A stretch of DNA of 64,000 nt from Patescibacteria group bacterium (GTDB lineage Bacteria > Patescibacteriota > Patescibacteriia > UBA9934). The notes under the pieces were generated by a model. The model worked only from the letters and a program-made list of their open reading frames with translations, did not search any database and was not told the DNA's origin. The DNA lies in NCBI GenBank assembly GCA_041666205.1, contig JBAYHI010000001.1, positions 26,894 through 90,893 on the forward strand. Direction: 5' to 3'. A program made the position numbers and the translations under genes. Shown piece after piece: positions 55,976-64,000 of this stretch (position 1 is its first letter; each line of letters starts with the position of its first letter).

Positions 55976-58363
55976 ATGATGAGCACAAACGGTTCTCGAT
56001 TCACAATTTGGTACGAAAAAATTGCCAAGCTTTTGCTCTATGCAATGGCATTCCTCATCCCTTTGGCCTATTTCCCTTGGACCGTTGATACGCTCGAGGT
56101 CAATAAGCAAACAATTTTGCTCGTTGGTGTTTCGCTTTTAACAATTGCCTGGCTTGGCACCATGGTCGCCCGAAAGCAATTTTTCTGGAAAAATAGCCCG
56201 TTCTTTTTGCTCGCCCTCCTTATATTGGCGGGAGTTGGGGTATCGACAATTTTTTCTATTGCTCCTTATCTTAGTTTGTTTGGAGAAGGGATGCAGGAGT
56301 ATACGAGCCTCTTGAGTACCTTAGGATTTATTTTATTGTTCATCGTTGGCTCGCATTATTTATCCGAAACTCGAGTACAACGTGTGCTTTTTGCTTGTCT
56401 TTTGAGCTCTTCTGCGCTTGTTGGCACCTCGATTCTTTTAGCGCTCATAAAGCTTCCAATCGTGAATACGAATTTTATTGGCACGCCAAACGGCTTGGGA
56501 CTTTTCTTGCTCATCATGTCCATTCTCGGGTTTGGACTTTGGCTTGCAGAAAATCCAATCAAGGAGACGCGTATTTTCTTAGAAGGTTGGAAAGGGTTGC
56601 TCGAAAAAATTGCAATTGGTGTCACAGGATTTTCCGCGCTCATTGTATTGCTCGGGCTTGATTATAATCCATTGTGGCTTCTTTCGATTTTGGGAATTGG
56701 TGCCATGTTTGCATTCGCCTTCGTTCGTGCCGAGGAATTCCCTCATACGTCTCGATTTATTCTGCCAATGATTCTTTTCGTTTTTTCGATTGTGTTTTTG
56801 TTCATTCCAAGCTTCATGGGCAATACGTTCGCGGTGGAGGTTTCTCCGTCTCACGCCGGGAGTATTGAAATCGTAAAAGGTTCACTTGGCGATACGTCGC
56901 TATTGTTTGGATCAGGCTCTGGCACATTTGCCATGGATTACGCTAAGTATCATTCCGCTGAAGTCAACGCAACAAATTTCTGGGATGTGCGATTTGATCG
57001 CGCAGTAGCGCATGTTTACACGATTCTTGCGACTAATGGAGTTGTAACGATGCTACTTTTCCTCATTTTCATCATTAGTTTGTGTCTCGCAGCTCTTTCC
57101 TCTCTCATTAAACAGCGCGTGCACGACGAATGGAAGATGACGTTTGTCGCATTTGCCGGTTGGATTGTGATCGTGGCAGGATTCTTCCTCTACTCGAGTA
57201 ACTTCACCATGCAATTTTTGTTCTGGACACTTTCGGCAATTCTTGTGGCACAACTTGGGCCTGAAGTAAAAGAATGGGCATTCAAAGAATCGCCACGTTA
57301 CGGACTTCTTACGGCATTTTTATTTGTCATCGTGAACGTTGGGCTTTTGACACTGCTTTTCGTGACAGCGTCTCGCTATGCTGCGGAAGTTTCTTATGCG
57401 CATGCGGTCAGCATTGATTCAACCGGGGCAGATGTTGAAGATGTGATTACCGATCTCGATACCGCGGCACGTCTAAACAAATGGAGCGACATCTATTATC
57501 GCAATCTTGGAAATGCGCTTTTGGTAAAAACCGCAAAGGAAATCGCCGCAAACAACCAAGATACAGCAGTTTTGCGTGATTTGGTTGCCGCAAGCATCAA
57601 CTCCGCCAAGCGTGCCACTGAACTTTCACCAAATAATGTTGTCAATTGGCATGTGATGGGGGATATTTATCGCGAAGTCGTGCCACTCGTTGGAAATTCT
57701 GATGTTTATGCGGTAGCTGCATATAAGAAGGCCTCGGAACTCGCTCCAACAAATCCTAAATATCTTGTGGCCCTGGCTCGTGCATATCTTGTCACGGCTG
57801 ATGCGCAGCAAACGCTACTTTCTAGCACCGACGAGGCAACCGCAAGCGATGCACAGCTAAAATGGGACGAAGCCATGAAGCAAGCCGAGGAGTCACTCGA
57901 CAAGGCGCTCATGCTCAAAACTGATTACGCGCTCGCTCAATACTATTTGGCGCTTGTTTACGAACGAAAAGGAAATCTAGCTGACGCAATCAAGGGCATG
58001 GAGTCGGTTCGCACCAGCAGTCCAAACGATGTTGGCGTTTCGTTCCAGTTAGCGCTTCTTTACTTGCGCCAAGGGAAAATGGATGAAGCAAAAACTGAAT
58101 TCGAGCGTGCGATTGGTATTGCGCCAAACTTTAGCAATGCGCTTTGGTACCTTTCAGCCATCTACGATGAGCAGGGCGATACGGCAAAAGCGATTGAAAT
58201 GATCAATAAGGTCAAAGAGTTAAATCCAGATAATGCGCTTGTTGATCAGCGTTTGCAGAGTTTGCAAAGTGGCGGATCGGTTACAACCGAAGAAACCCAG
58301 CCAATTGTCGAGGGTGAAAATCCCGCAACCGAGGTTGTACCAGGCGAAACAACGAATCCGTAG
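55976..58363 (+). CDS. Polytopic membrane protein (about 10-12 TM, O-antigen-ligase/polymerase-like) with C-terminal TPR repeats
   Basis: Multiple TM helices in the N-terminal 450 aa. The C-terminus has TPR-like repeats (LALVYERKGNLADAI ... LALLYLRQGKMDEAKTEFERAIGIAPN ... LSAIYDEQGDTAKAIE). The ligase assignment is tentative. Confidence 0.6.
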   Translation: MMSTNGSRFTIWYEKIAKLLLYAMAFLIPLAYFPWTVDTLEVNKQTILLVGVSLLTIAWLGTMVARKQFFWKNSPFFLLALLILAGVGVSTIFSIAPYLSLFGEGMQEYTSLLSTLGFILLFIVGSHYLSETRVQRVLFACLLSSSALVGTSILLALIKLPIVNTNFIGTPNGLGLFLLIMSILGFGLWLAENPIKETRIFLEGWKGLLEKIAIGVTGFSALIVLLGLDYNPLWLLSILGIGAMFAFAFVRAEEFPHTSRFILPMILFVFSIVFLFIPSFMGNTFAVEVSPSHAGSIEIVKGSLGDTSLLFGSGSGTFAMDYAKYHSAEVNATNFWDVRFDRAVAHVYTILATNGVVTMLLFLIFIISLCLAALSSLIKQRVHDEWKMTFVAFAGWIVIVAGFFLYSSNFTMQFLFWTLSAILVAQLGPEVKEWAFKESPRYGLLTAFLFVIVNVGLLTLLFVTASRYAAEVSYAHAVSIDSTGADVEDVITDLDTAARLNKWSDIYYRNLGNALLVKTAKEIAANNQDTAVLRDLVAASINSAKRATELSPNNVVNWHVMGDIYREVVPLVGNSDVYAVAAYKKASELAPTNPKYLVALARAYLVTADAQQTLLSSTDEATASDAQLKWDEAMKQAEESLDKALMLKTDYALAQYYLALVYERKGNLADAIKGMESVRTSSPNDVGVSFQLALLYLRQGKMDEAKTEFERAIGIAPNFSNALWYLSAIYDEQGDTAKAIEMINKVKELNPDNALVDQRLQSLQSGGSVTTEETQPIVEGENPATEVVPGETTNP

Positions 58364-58368
58364 GGAAA

Positions 58369-58403
58369 TCGTCGTAGGGACATTGCGTGCAACGTCCATG
58401 AAT
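58369..58403. repeat. Palindromic repeat family P, copy 2
   Basis: atcgtcgtagggacattgcgtgcaacgtccatgaat; followed by the perfect 14-bp inverted repeat gtagagacgcgatt/aatcgcgtctctac at 58415-58442. Confidence 0.7.
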
Positions 58404-58459
58404 AATGCATTTTTGTAGAGACGCGATTAATCGCGTCTCTACTTGCATCTGTACATATT

Positions 58460-58533
58460 CCGTCATCCTGAGCGATAGCGAAGGATCTCTCGAAGATTAT
58501 CCTGGGATTCTTCGCTGCGCTCAGAATGACGAA
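58460..58533. repeat. REP/MITE-like inverted pair of family R units (left arm 58460-58487, right arm 58506-58533)
   Basis: ccgtcatcctgagcgatagcgaaggatc ... gattcttcgctgcgctcagaatgacgaaac: the arms are reverse-complementary, with about 23 of 28 positions pairing. Confidence 0.65.
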
Positions 58534-58584
58534 ACAGGGATGTCTCTATTCAAAAATTCAAAATTTCGCTAGACTAGCCTCACT

Positions 58585-59658
58585 ATGCTGAGAGTTGGAA
58601 TTGTTGGCCTCCCAAATGTTGGAAAATCAACGTTTTTCACTGCGCTTACACGCAAGACTGTGGATTGCGCCAATTTTCCGTTTTGCACCATTGAGCCAAA
58701 CGTGGGCGTTGTTGAGGTGCCTGATGCTCGAGTGGATGTACTCACACAGATGTCACACTCAAAGAAGCGCATTCCAACCGCAATTGAATTTTTGGACATT
58801 GCTGGACTCGTTAAAGGCGCGCACAAAGGCGAAGGCTTGGGCAATAAGTTTTTGGCAAATATCCGTGAAACCGATATGATTGCGCACGTTGTTCGTGCAT
58901 TTGAAAACTCCGATATCATCCACGTCGATGGATCGGTGAATGCAATTCGAGATGCTGAAGTCATCGAAACCGAGCTCATGATGGCGGATTTGACAACCGT
59001 CGATAAACGCTACGACGCGATTGAACGTCGCGCGCTTGCAACCAAAGAAACCGCGCTTGTCACGGAAGTTGCTGGCCTCAAGAAATTTAAAGATGCGCTT
59101 GAGAGCGGAAAAATGGCGTCAACGGTGGTTTTGACCGACGATGAATATCTTATTCTCAAGGATTTACAGCTCATGACACAAAAACCCATGCTCTATATTG
59201 TGAATGTATCGGAAGACGAATTCAAAAAAGGGGATTGGAAATCGCCATTTGGACCAGATAAAATTGCAATTCCGATTTCTGTGAAAATTGAAGCAGAACT
59301 CTCCGCTATGCCTCCTGAGGAAGCAAAAGAGATGATGGGTGAGTTTGGAATGAAAGAGTCAGGCCTTGATTCCGTGATCCGAACCGCGTACGGAATGCTC
59401 GATCTCATTACGTATTTCACAACCGGCGAAGATGAAACACGCGCATGGACCATTAAGAAGGGCACAAAAGCGCCACAAGCAGCCGGCGTTATTCACACAG
59501 ACTTTGAAAAAGGATTTATTCGAGCCGAAGTGATTGGCTACGATGATTTCATCGCTTGCGATGGGGAAGTAAAAGCACGCGAAACCGGCAAATTGCGAGT
59601 TGAAGGAAAAGAATACGTCATGAAAGACGGGGATATTTGTCATTTTCGATTTGCGTAG
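58585..59658 (+). CDS. ychF: Ribosome-binding ATPase YchF (Obg-family)
   Basis: G1 motif GIVGLPNVGKST, the YchF-specific NxxD region and a C-terminal TGS domain. Confidence 0.9.
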   Translation: MLRVGIVGLPNVGKSTFFTALTRKTVDCANFPFCTIEPNVGVVEVPDARVDVLTQMSHSKKRIPTAIEFLDIAGLVKGAHKGEGLGNKFLANIRETDMIAHVVRAFENSDIIHVDGSVNAIRDAEVIETELMMADLTTVDKRYDAIERRALATKETALVTEVAGLKKFKDALESGKMASTVVLTDDEYLILKDLQLMTQKPMLYIVNVSEDEFKKGDWKSPFGPDKIAIPISVKIEAELSAMPPEEAKEMMGEFGMKESGLDSVIRTAYGMLDLITYFTTGEDETRAWTIKKGTKAPQAAGVIHTDFEKGFIRAEVIGYDDFIACDGEVKARETGKLRVEGKEYVMKDGDICHFRFA

Positions 59659-59680
59659 GGGTCGGATTTCTCGACCCGCT

Positions 59681-59742
59681 CGGGCGAGGGAACCTCGCCC
59701 GTACGATGATTCGCCGTAGGGACGTTGCGTGCAACGTCCATT
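59681..59742. repeat. Palindrome cgggcgagg-gaac-ctcgcccg followed by repeat family P, copy 3 (59711-59742)
   Basis: tcgccgtagggacgttgcgtgcaacgtccatt. Confidence 0.7.
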
Positions 59743-59799
59743 CTTTAAACGAAAAAGCGGCTCTGCGAGACGATTGCAGATGCCGCTTGGGGGAGAGAG

Positions 59800-60608
59800 T
59801 CACCAGCCTGGAATTTCACCGGCGGTGATTTTTTTGTCCGGCTGGACTTTTTCCCCTCGTAGAACGCGATCGGCCACAACCACAGCGCTCAAGACTTCCG
59901 TGACGTACCTTGTGCCCTGACTCTCATCCTTTCGGATTCGAGCCGGGCCCTTGTTGTACGCCTTGAGCCCAAGCTCACGACTCTGGAAACTCGTTTCGTA
60001 GACTCGAAGGGTTTCGAGTCCGATCACGATGTTTTCCAGATCGCTTGCTGTGGCATCGACCTCATCTTGCCCAAGTTTTCTCGCCGCGACCGCCTTTGCC
60101 TGGTCTGGCGCAAGGCTGATTTGCATGAGGCCTTGGCTTAGTTGCTTACAGCCATGGCTCTCATGTGTGATGATTCCGAGCGCAAATGCGAGTGGGTAGC
60201 CCGAGATTTTCGCAGCCTTTTCAATGACCGCGCGCTTCCTGAGGCACTTCCTCACGGATGCTTCCTCTCCGAGTCGATCCCGATTGTAGATTCGGGTGAC
60301 GCTTGGGAGGATGCTCGTATCGAAGGTTGAAACGCCCCTATGGGGCACAACCTTCTTGGTCGTCGGGTTTTGGGGCTGAGGTTTTTTTGCGCTCTTCGGC
60401 TTCTCGGCCGGCTTCTGCTTCACGACGGAAATCTGTTCCGCCGTAGCGTGTCGCCGGTCGACTCGAACGGTGACGGTTTCCTCTACAGCGGGCGCTGCGA
60501 GGACGATTTCTTCCTCCGCGGGTGCGGAGAAGGCTCCATAGAAGGCGAGGGCTCTGGCCATGAAATAGACCAGGCCGATCATGAGGCAGAAAATGAAGTT
60601 TTTCACTT
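59800..60608 (-). CDS. Secreted lytic transglycosylase (SLT domain), GC-rich
   Basis: SLT family-1 motifs (ITHESHG ... GLMQISL). The proposed start is GTG at about 60608, preceded by GGAGA, giving signal peptide VKNFIFCLMIGLVYFMARALA. The ORF-track ATG at 60693 is an alternative. The GC rise coincides with the ORF. Confidence 0.65.
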
Positions 60609-60679
60609 CAATCTCCGATTTGGGGTAGGATTTTTGAGGGGAAATTTGAAAAGGGCAGGGCAATAAAATATCACAAAAA

Positions 60680-60712
60680 AGCCGTTTTGTCAACGGCTTT
60701 TGTGTAATATTG
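60680..60712. terminator. Intrinsic terminator for the methyltransferase gene
   Basis: aaaaaagccgttttgtcaacggcttttgtg. Confidence 0.6.
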
Positions 60713-60713
60713 G

Positions 60714-62069
60714 CTATTTTTTGATGAATCTCACAATGTGCCGCCCAACGAATTGATCGTCTCGCTGGTACAGGATATTTGCCGGGAAGTCGCCAAGGTC
60801 AAATCCGAGTTCTTGCATGATTTCCAAACCCTTTGTTTCAAATCGTTTCTTTTGAATGCAATGCACAGGGAAAGCCACAACAATCACTCCGCCCGGTTTC
60901 ATTACCTTATAGATAGCCGAAAAACTCTCGCGGTAAATGCTGTTTAAGTCTCGGATTGTTGCTTGAATGGTTTCTTCAACCTCGTAGCCAGTGCGCGGAC
61001 GTCCCAAAAATGGTTCCGTGACCACAATGTCGACGGATTCTTTCTCAATGTGCGCTTCGAGATTTTTTGCAGCGCTGACGAATAGGGAGAACGGCGGTAA
61101 TTCCTGTTGTTCCGAAATCCACGCCAGGTTTTCTTCCGAATCTTTGATTGCCTGCTCGTTAACGTCTGACCCGATCATTTTTTCGCATCCGATGAGTCCG
61201 GCCTCCATTAGCACAGTGCTCGAGCCACAAAATGGATCCAAAATCGTTTTGTCAGTAATGTCGCCGGCTAAATTGAGCATCATGCGTGCCAATTTTGGCG
61301 GAAGCATGCCTTGCTTTGCATTTCGCGCAGGTCGATCGAAGTCGCGATGCGACCAATCTTCAAAATCTTGGATCGTTTCGGTTTTTCCGATGTACACCTT
61401 ATCTTTTGTTGGTAAAATTACGAACTCGCAACCGCGCGCTAGCAAATCATTCTTGGCAATGGCTGCGCTTGAGAGCGTTTTGTCCTTTGAAACAACGAGT
61501 CGCGCGCTGTATCCTTGATCCTTGAGCGCGGTTTTCACGGAAAGTCCTAAAGACTGCGATTTATTTCGCCAATAGTCGGCTGAAGGTTTGTCGCCCATAT
61601 TGTAAACGCTCAAGCCTAGAAGCAATCGGCCTTCTTTTTCTTCGGCAATGAGGCTTTGCGCTAGAAATTCCACGAGTTCTTTTTGATCTTCGCGAATAAA
61701 CGAGCCAATAATGATGCCGATTTTTTGAATGCCAGCCAAACGCTTTTGCAAAACCTCTGGTTTTTCCTCTACATCGTCAAAAATAGCGATTTCCTCGCTC
61801 GAAACTGCCGGATCTGCATTTGTGACAGCTTTCCACTCTAATAAGGAAAGGCGGGGGTGGTTTCCCAATACCGTGAATAATTGCATAGCCTGATGATAGA
61901 GCTTTTGGGGATTCTGGTCAAAGAATGGGCCCGGGTACAGCTGTTTGACTTTCTGCAATTTTTCTGCTAATGTAGCGCGTTCTTTTGAAATAGAAATTTG
62001 AGTTGAAAGTGGCGTTTTGCCCCGATTATTTCGGGTCGAAAAGCCGCTTTCAACATTAGGGCCACTCAT
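60714..62069 (-). CDS. Class I SAM-dependent RNA/DNA methyltransferase (N-terminal domain plus Rossmann MTase; UPF0020/m2G-type motif IV)
   Basis: Motif I ILDPFCGSSTVLMEAGL; motif IV-like VTEPFLGRP (the (D/N/S)PP(Y/F) class). Start probably MSGPNVES at 62069 rather than 62090. Confidence 0.6.
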   Translation of the reverse strand: MSGPNVESGFSTRNNRGKTPLSTQISISKERATLAEKLQKVKQLYPGPFFDQNPQKLYHQAMQLFTVLGNHPRLSLLEWKAVTNADPAVSSEEIAIFDDVEEKPEVLQKRLAGIQKIGIIIGSFIREDQKELVEFLAQSLIAEEKEGRLLLGLSVYNMGDKPSADYWRNKSQSLGLSVKTALKDQGYSARLVVSKDKTLSSAAIAKNDLLARGCEFVILPTKDKVYIGKTETIQDFEDWSHRDFDRPARNAKQGMLPPKLARMMLNLAGDITDKTILDPFCGSSTVLMEAGLIGCEKMIGSDVNEQAIKDSEENLAWISEQQELPPFSLFVSAAKNLEAHIEKESVDIVVTEPFLGRPRTGYEVEETIQATIRDLNSIYRESFSAIYKVMKPGGVIVVAFPVHCIQKKRFETKGLEIMQELGFDLGDFPANILYQRDDQFVGRHIVRFIKK

Positions 62070-62121
62070 GTGTCCGTAGTCTCGGCGCATGAACCCCGGC
62101 GGCTTTTAAACGAGGTGTCCG

Positions 62122-62790
62122 ATGGCATCCATCGCTACCCTGGCCTCCTTCCTCGGCACTATCCAGAAGTTTCTGGGCATTTCGGCAAAGGACGGCCTGC
62201 CCGACGAATTCTACCAGAGGGTGATTGACGACCCTGTATTTCGCGGGCAGTTTGTCGCATGGGCGCAGGTTGAGCTTAACTCTACGGTTATCGCCGAACA
62301 TGACTCAGCACCGGCAGCGCGGAGCCTGCAGTCGATGATCGACCGGATGCGACGGAATCCGGTAGCGGATCCTGAAACCAGGCTAACGATCCCTCAGGTT
62401 GTGTGGGTGCTCGATCGCATCGTCAATGACGTTAAGGACCACGGTGTCCAATCGCTGTCGTTGAAAAGCGAGCATTGGCGGCGCTGGGTGATCAACATGA
62501 TCCCCGAGCTCACCTTTGATCGTGATGTCGAAGACGCCTTGAATGCGTTCGTCCGAGAATTCCACCTGGAGCTCCTTGATAGTCGGCTTATCGGGCAGAA
62601 CTCAAGGGATCTTGCGAACATGGGAGTGATTCAGGTGGAGGTCGTGAACGGAATCACGATGTACAATCCCAACCTTCCGTCTGGCTCCCAGGCAACCGTG
62701 GCGAGCATCCGACGCTGGGGCGTGCGTGGGACTACTCCTGTCCAGGCCGTTTACCGCAGCGCGCTCGTCGAGAGTGGCAATTGGGCGTAA
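62122..62790 (+). CDS. Hypothetical cytoplasmic protein, GC-rich
   Basis: 222-aa ORF with GAGG 7 nt upstream of the ATG; no TM segment or recognised motif. The GC rise begins about 50 nt upstream and persists to about 62900. Confidence 0.55.
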   Translation: MASIATLASFLGTIQKFLGISAKDGLPDEFYQRVIDDPVFRGQFVAWAQVELNSTVIAEHDSAPAARSLQSMIDRMRRNPVADPETRLTIPQVVWVLDRIVNDVKDHGVQSLSLKSEHWRRWVINMIPELTFDRDVEDALNAFVREFHLELLDSRLIGQNSRDLANMGVIQVEVVNGITMYNPNLPSGSQATVASIRRWGVRGTTPVQAVYRSALVESGNWA

Positions 62791-62906
62791 CCCCGTGAAC
62801 ATCTGCCTGCGAAGCAGACCTGCCGCATCTGCGGTGTGATCTCTCCATGTGAGGTCATGCCGGTCTCGGGTGCGGTTCTTTTATTTGGGGAGCTTCGCCT
62901 CTGGGC

Positions 62907-62935
62907 TTGACTGATTCACTAGTTTTCGCTAATAT
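62907..62935 (+). promoter_or_regulatory. Sigma70 promoter TTGACT-17-TAATAT for the rpsF-ssb operon
   Basis: Consensus-like -35 and -10 hexamers with 17-nt spacing about 70 nt upstream of rpsF. Confidence 0.6.
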
Positions 62936-63005
62936 TGCCACACTAATTCATAACATTGTCCAAGGCCCACAAGGCCGCCCCGTCGTACGGGGCCAATGAG
63001 AACCT

Positions 63006-63491
63006 ATGATCTACGAAATCCTCTCCATTATCCCTTCCAATTACTCTGATACAGAGATTGACGGGATTATTGGAAAAATCACGGCTGTTTGCGAAAAGCA
63101 GGGAGCCAAAGTCCAAAAGTCCGAGAATCTTGGGAAAATTCACTTGGCTTACCCAGTGAAAGCCTCGCACCATGGCACCTACGTGCTTCAATACGTTGAT
63201 GCTTCCACGGAAGTCATCGACAAAGTGAACCTCGATATTCGTCTTATGGACGAAGTTGCACGCCACCTCACGGTTGCTTGCGAAAACGGCATGCCAAAAG
63301 GCACATTCAAGATGGTTTCCTACGAAGCACCTCTTACTCCAGAAGGAAAACGAGCTACTTCAAAGACCGCTTCCGAAATGGCAGCGTCTGATGCTGCACC
63401 GGTTGCCGCTCCAATTGAAAAAATTTCCGTTACAGAGCTCGATAAGAAACTCGACGAAATCTTGGAGAGTGATATCGTATCTGATGTCTAA
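63006..63491 (+). CDS. rpsF: 30S ribosomal protein S6
   Basis: MIYEILSIIP...GKIHLAYPVK...GTYVLQYVD fits the S6 pattern (YE.VF...P...LEDWGRR.LAYPI.K...G.YVL). Acidic/Ala-rich tail. Confidence 0.85.
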   Translation: MIYEILSIIPSNYSDTEIDGIIGKITAVCEKQGAKVQKSENLGKIHLAYPVKASHHGTYVLQYVDASTEVIDKVNLDIRLMDEVARHLTVACENGMPKGTFKMVSYEAPLTPEGKRATSKTASEMAASDAAPVAAPIEKISVTELDKKLDEILESDIVSDV

Positions 63492-63502
63492 CCCACATCA
63501 CT

Positions 63503-63946
63503 ATGTCGTCATCTCTCAATAAAGTCATGATCATTGGAAACCTTACCCGCGACCCAGAACTTCGCCAAACCACGAGCGGTCAGCAAGTTTGCACGATTGG
63601 CGTTGCAACTAACCGCACCTGGAACAATGCGCAGGGTGAAAAACAGGATCAGCCTGAATATCACACCATTGTTGCTTGGGGCAAATTGGCTGAAATCTGT
63701 GGGCAGTACCTCAAAAAAGGCAAGAAAGTCTATTTTGACGGCCGACTCCAGACCCGTGATTGGGAAGGGCAGGACGGTGTGAAGCGTTTCCGCACCGAAA
63801 TCGTTGCAGAAAACATGATCATGCTCGATCGACCATCAAGTGGTGGCGGCGATGCATTTTCTCCTCCAGCATCAGAACCAACGTTTGCGAAGAGCGAACC
63901 AGAGGTAAATTCCGAAGAAATTAAACTTGAAGATATTCCATTCTAG
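63503..63946 (+). CDS. ssb: Single-stranded DNA-binding protein
   Basis: OB-fold N-terminus (MIIGNLTRDPELRQTTSG ... VAWGKLAE) and an acidic C-terminal tail ending DIPF. Confidence 0.9.
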   Translation: MSSSLNKVMIIGNLTRDPELRQTTSGQQVCTIGVATNRTWNNAQGEKQDQPEYHTIVAWGKLAEICGQYLKKGKKVYFDGRLQTRDWEGQDGVKRFRTEIVAENMIMLDRPSSGGGDAFSPPASEPTFAKSEPEVNSEEIKLEDIPF

Positions 63947-64000
63947 ACTATGGCAAAAACAAAAACCATTGGAACAAAAGAGCGATATTGCAACTTTTGT

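Noticed and set aside
62943-63266. 107-aa minus ORF overlapping rpsF
   Set aside because: Antisense to a confidently identified ribosomal protein S6 gene.
1-64000. CRISPR arrays, cas genes, restriction-modification or other defence cassettes, transposases, phage structural genes
   Set aside because: No short regularly spaced direct repeats and no recognisable cas, transposase, capsid or terminase-like ORFs were seen. The only recombinase is XerC/D-like.

Overview
The window reads as the origin-proximal part of a small, moderately AT-rich bacterial chromosome. A reduced-genome Patescibacteria/CPR-like episymbiont lineage is plausible but is inference only.

**Housekeeping content.** Most genes are ordinary core functions:
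- Replication and origin: dnaA-dnaN, rpmH-rnpA-yidD, polA, holA, ssb, xerC/D-type recombinase.
- Protein and RNA: trigger factor, pnp, rpsO, rpsT, rpsF, ychF.
- Iron-sulfur: ferredoxin, ferredoxin reductase-like, NifU and NifS.
- Energy: H+-pyrophosphatase.
- Cell wall: PBP1A, LysM/M23 peptidase, 3D-domain protein, lspA.
- RNA genes: five tRNAs (Cys-GCA, Arg-TCT, His-GTG, Arg-CCT, Ala-CGC).

**Non-standard content.**
1. Four sharply delimited GC-rich coding islands sit in an otherwise lower-GC background. They are a 632-aa multi-TM protein (187-2085), a roughly 500-bp tandem duplicated cassette (19040-20060), a lytic-transglycosylase gene (59800-60608) and a 222-aa hypothetical (62122-62790). 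In the cassette each unit carries its own promoter, a structured 5' UTR, a diverged small single-TM protein and a terminator.
2. A 15-kb cluster of secreted and surface proteins (42992-58363) ends in a 2695-aa repeat protein with two near-identical 846-bp tandem repeats and a membrane/TPR protein.
3. Two small intergenic palindromic repeat families, one with three copies.
4. A duplicated tRNA-His 3' end plus terminator next to the xer recombinase, which looks like an integration scar.
5. A roughly 440-nt structured non-coding region (26040-26478) that ends in a clean terminator. It is a candidate ncRNA, possibly RNase P RNA, but that identity is not confirmed.

All calls come from reading the six-frame ORF track and the raw sequence by eye. 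No homology searches, GC profiles or structure predictions were run.
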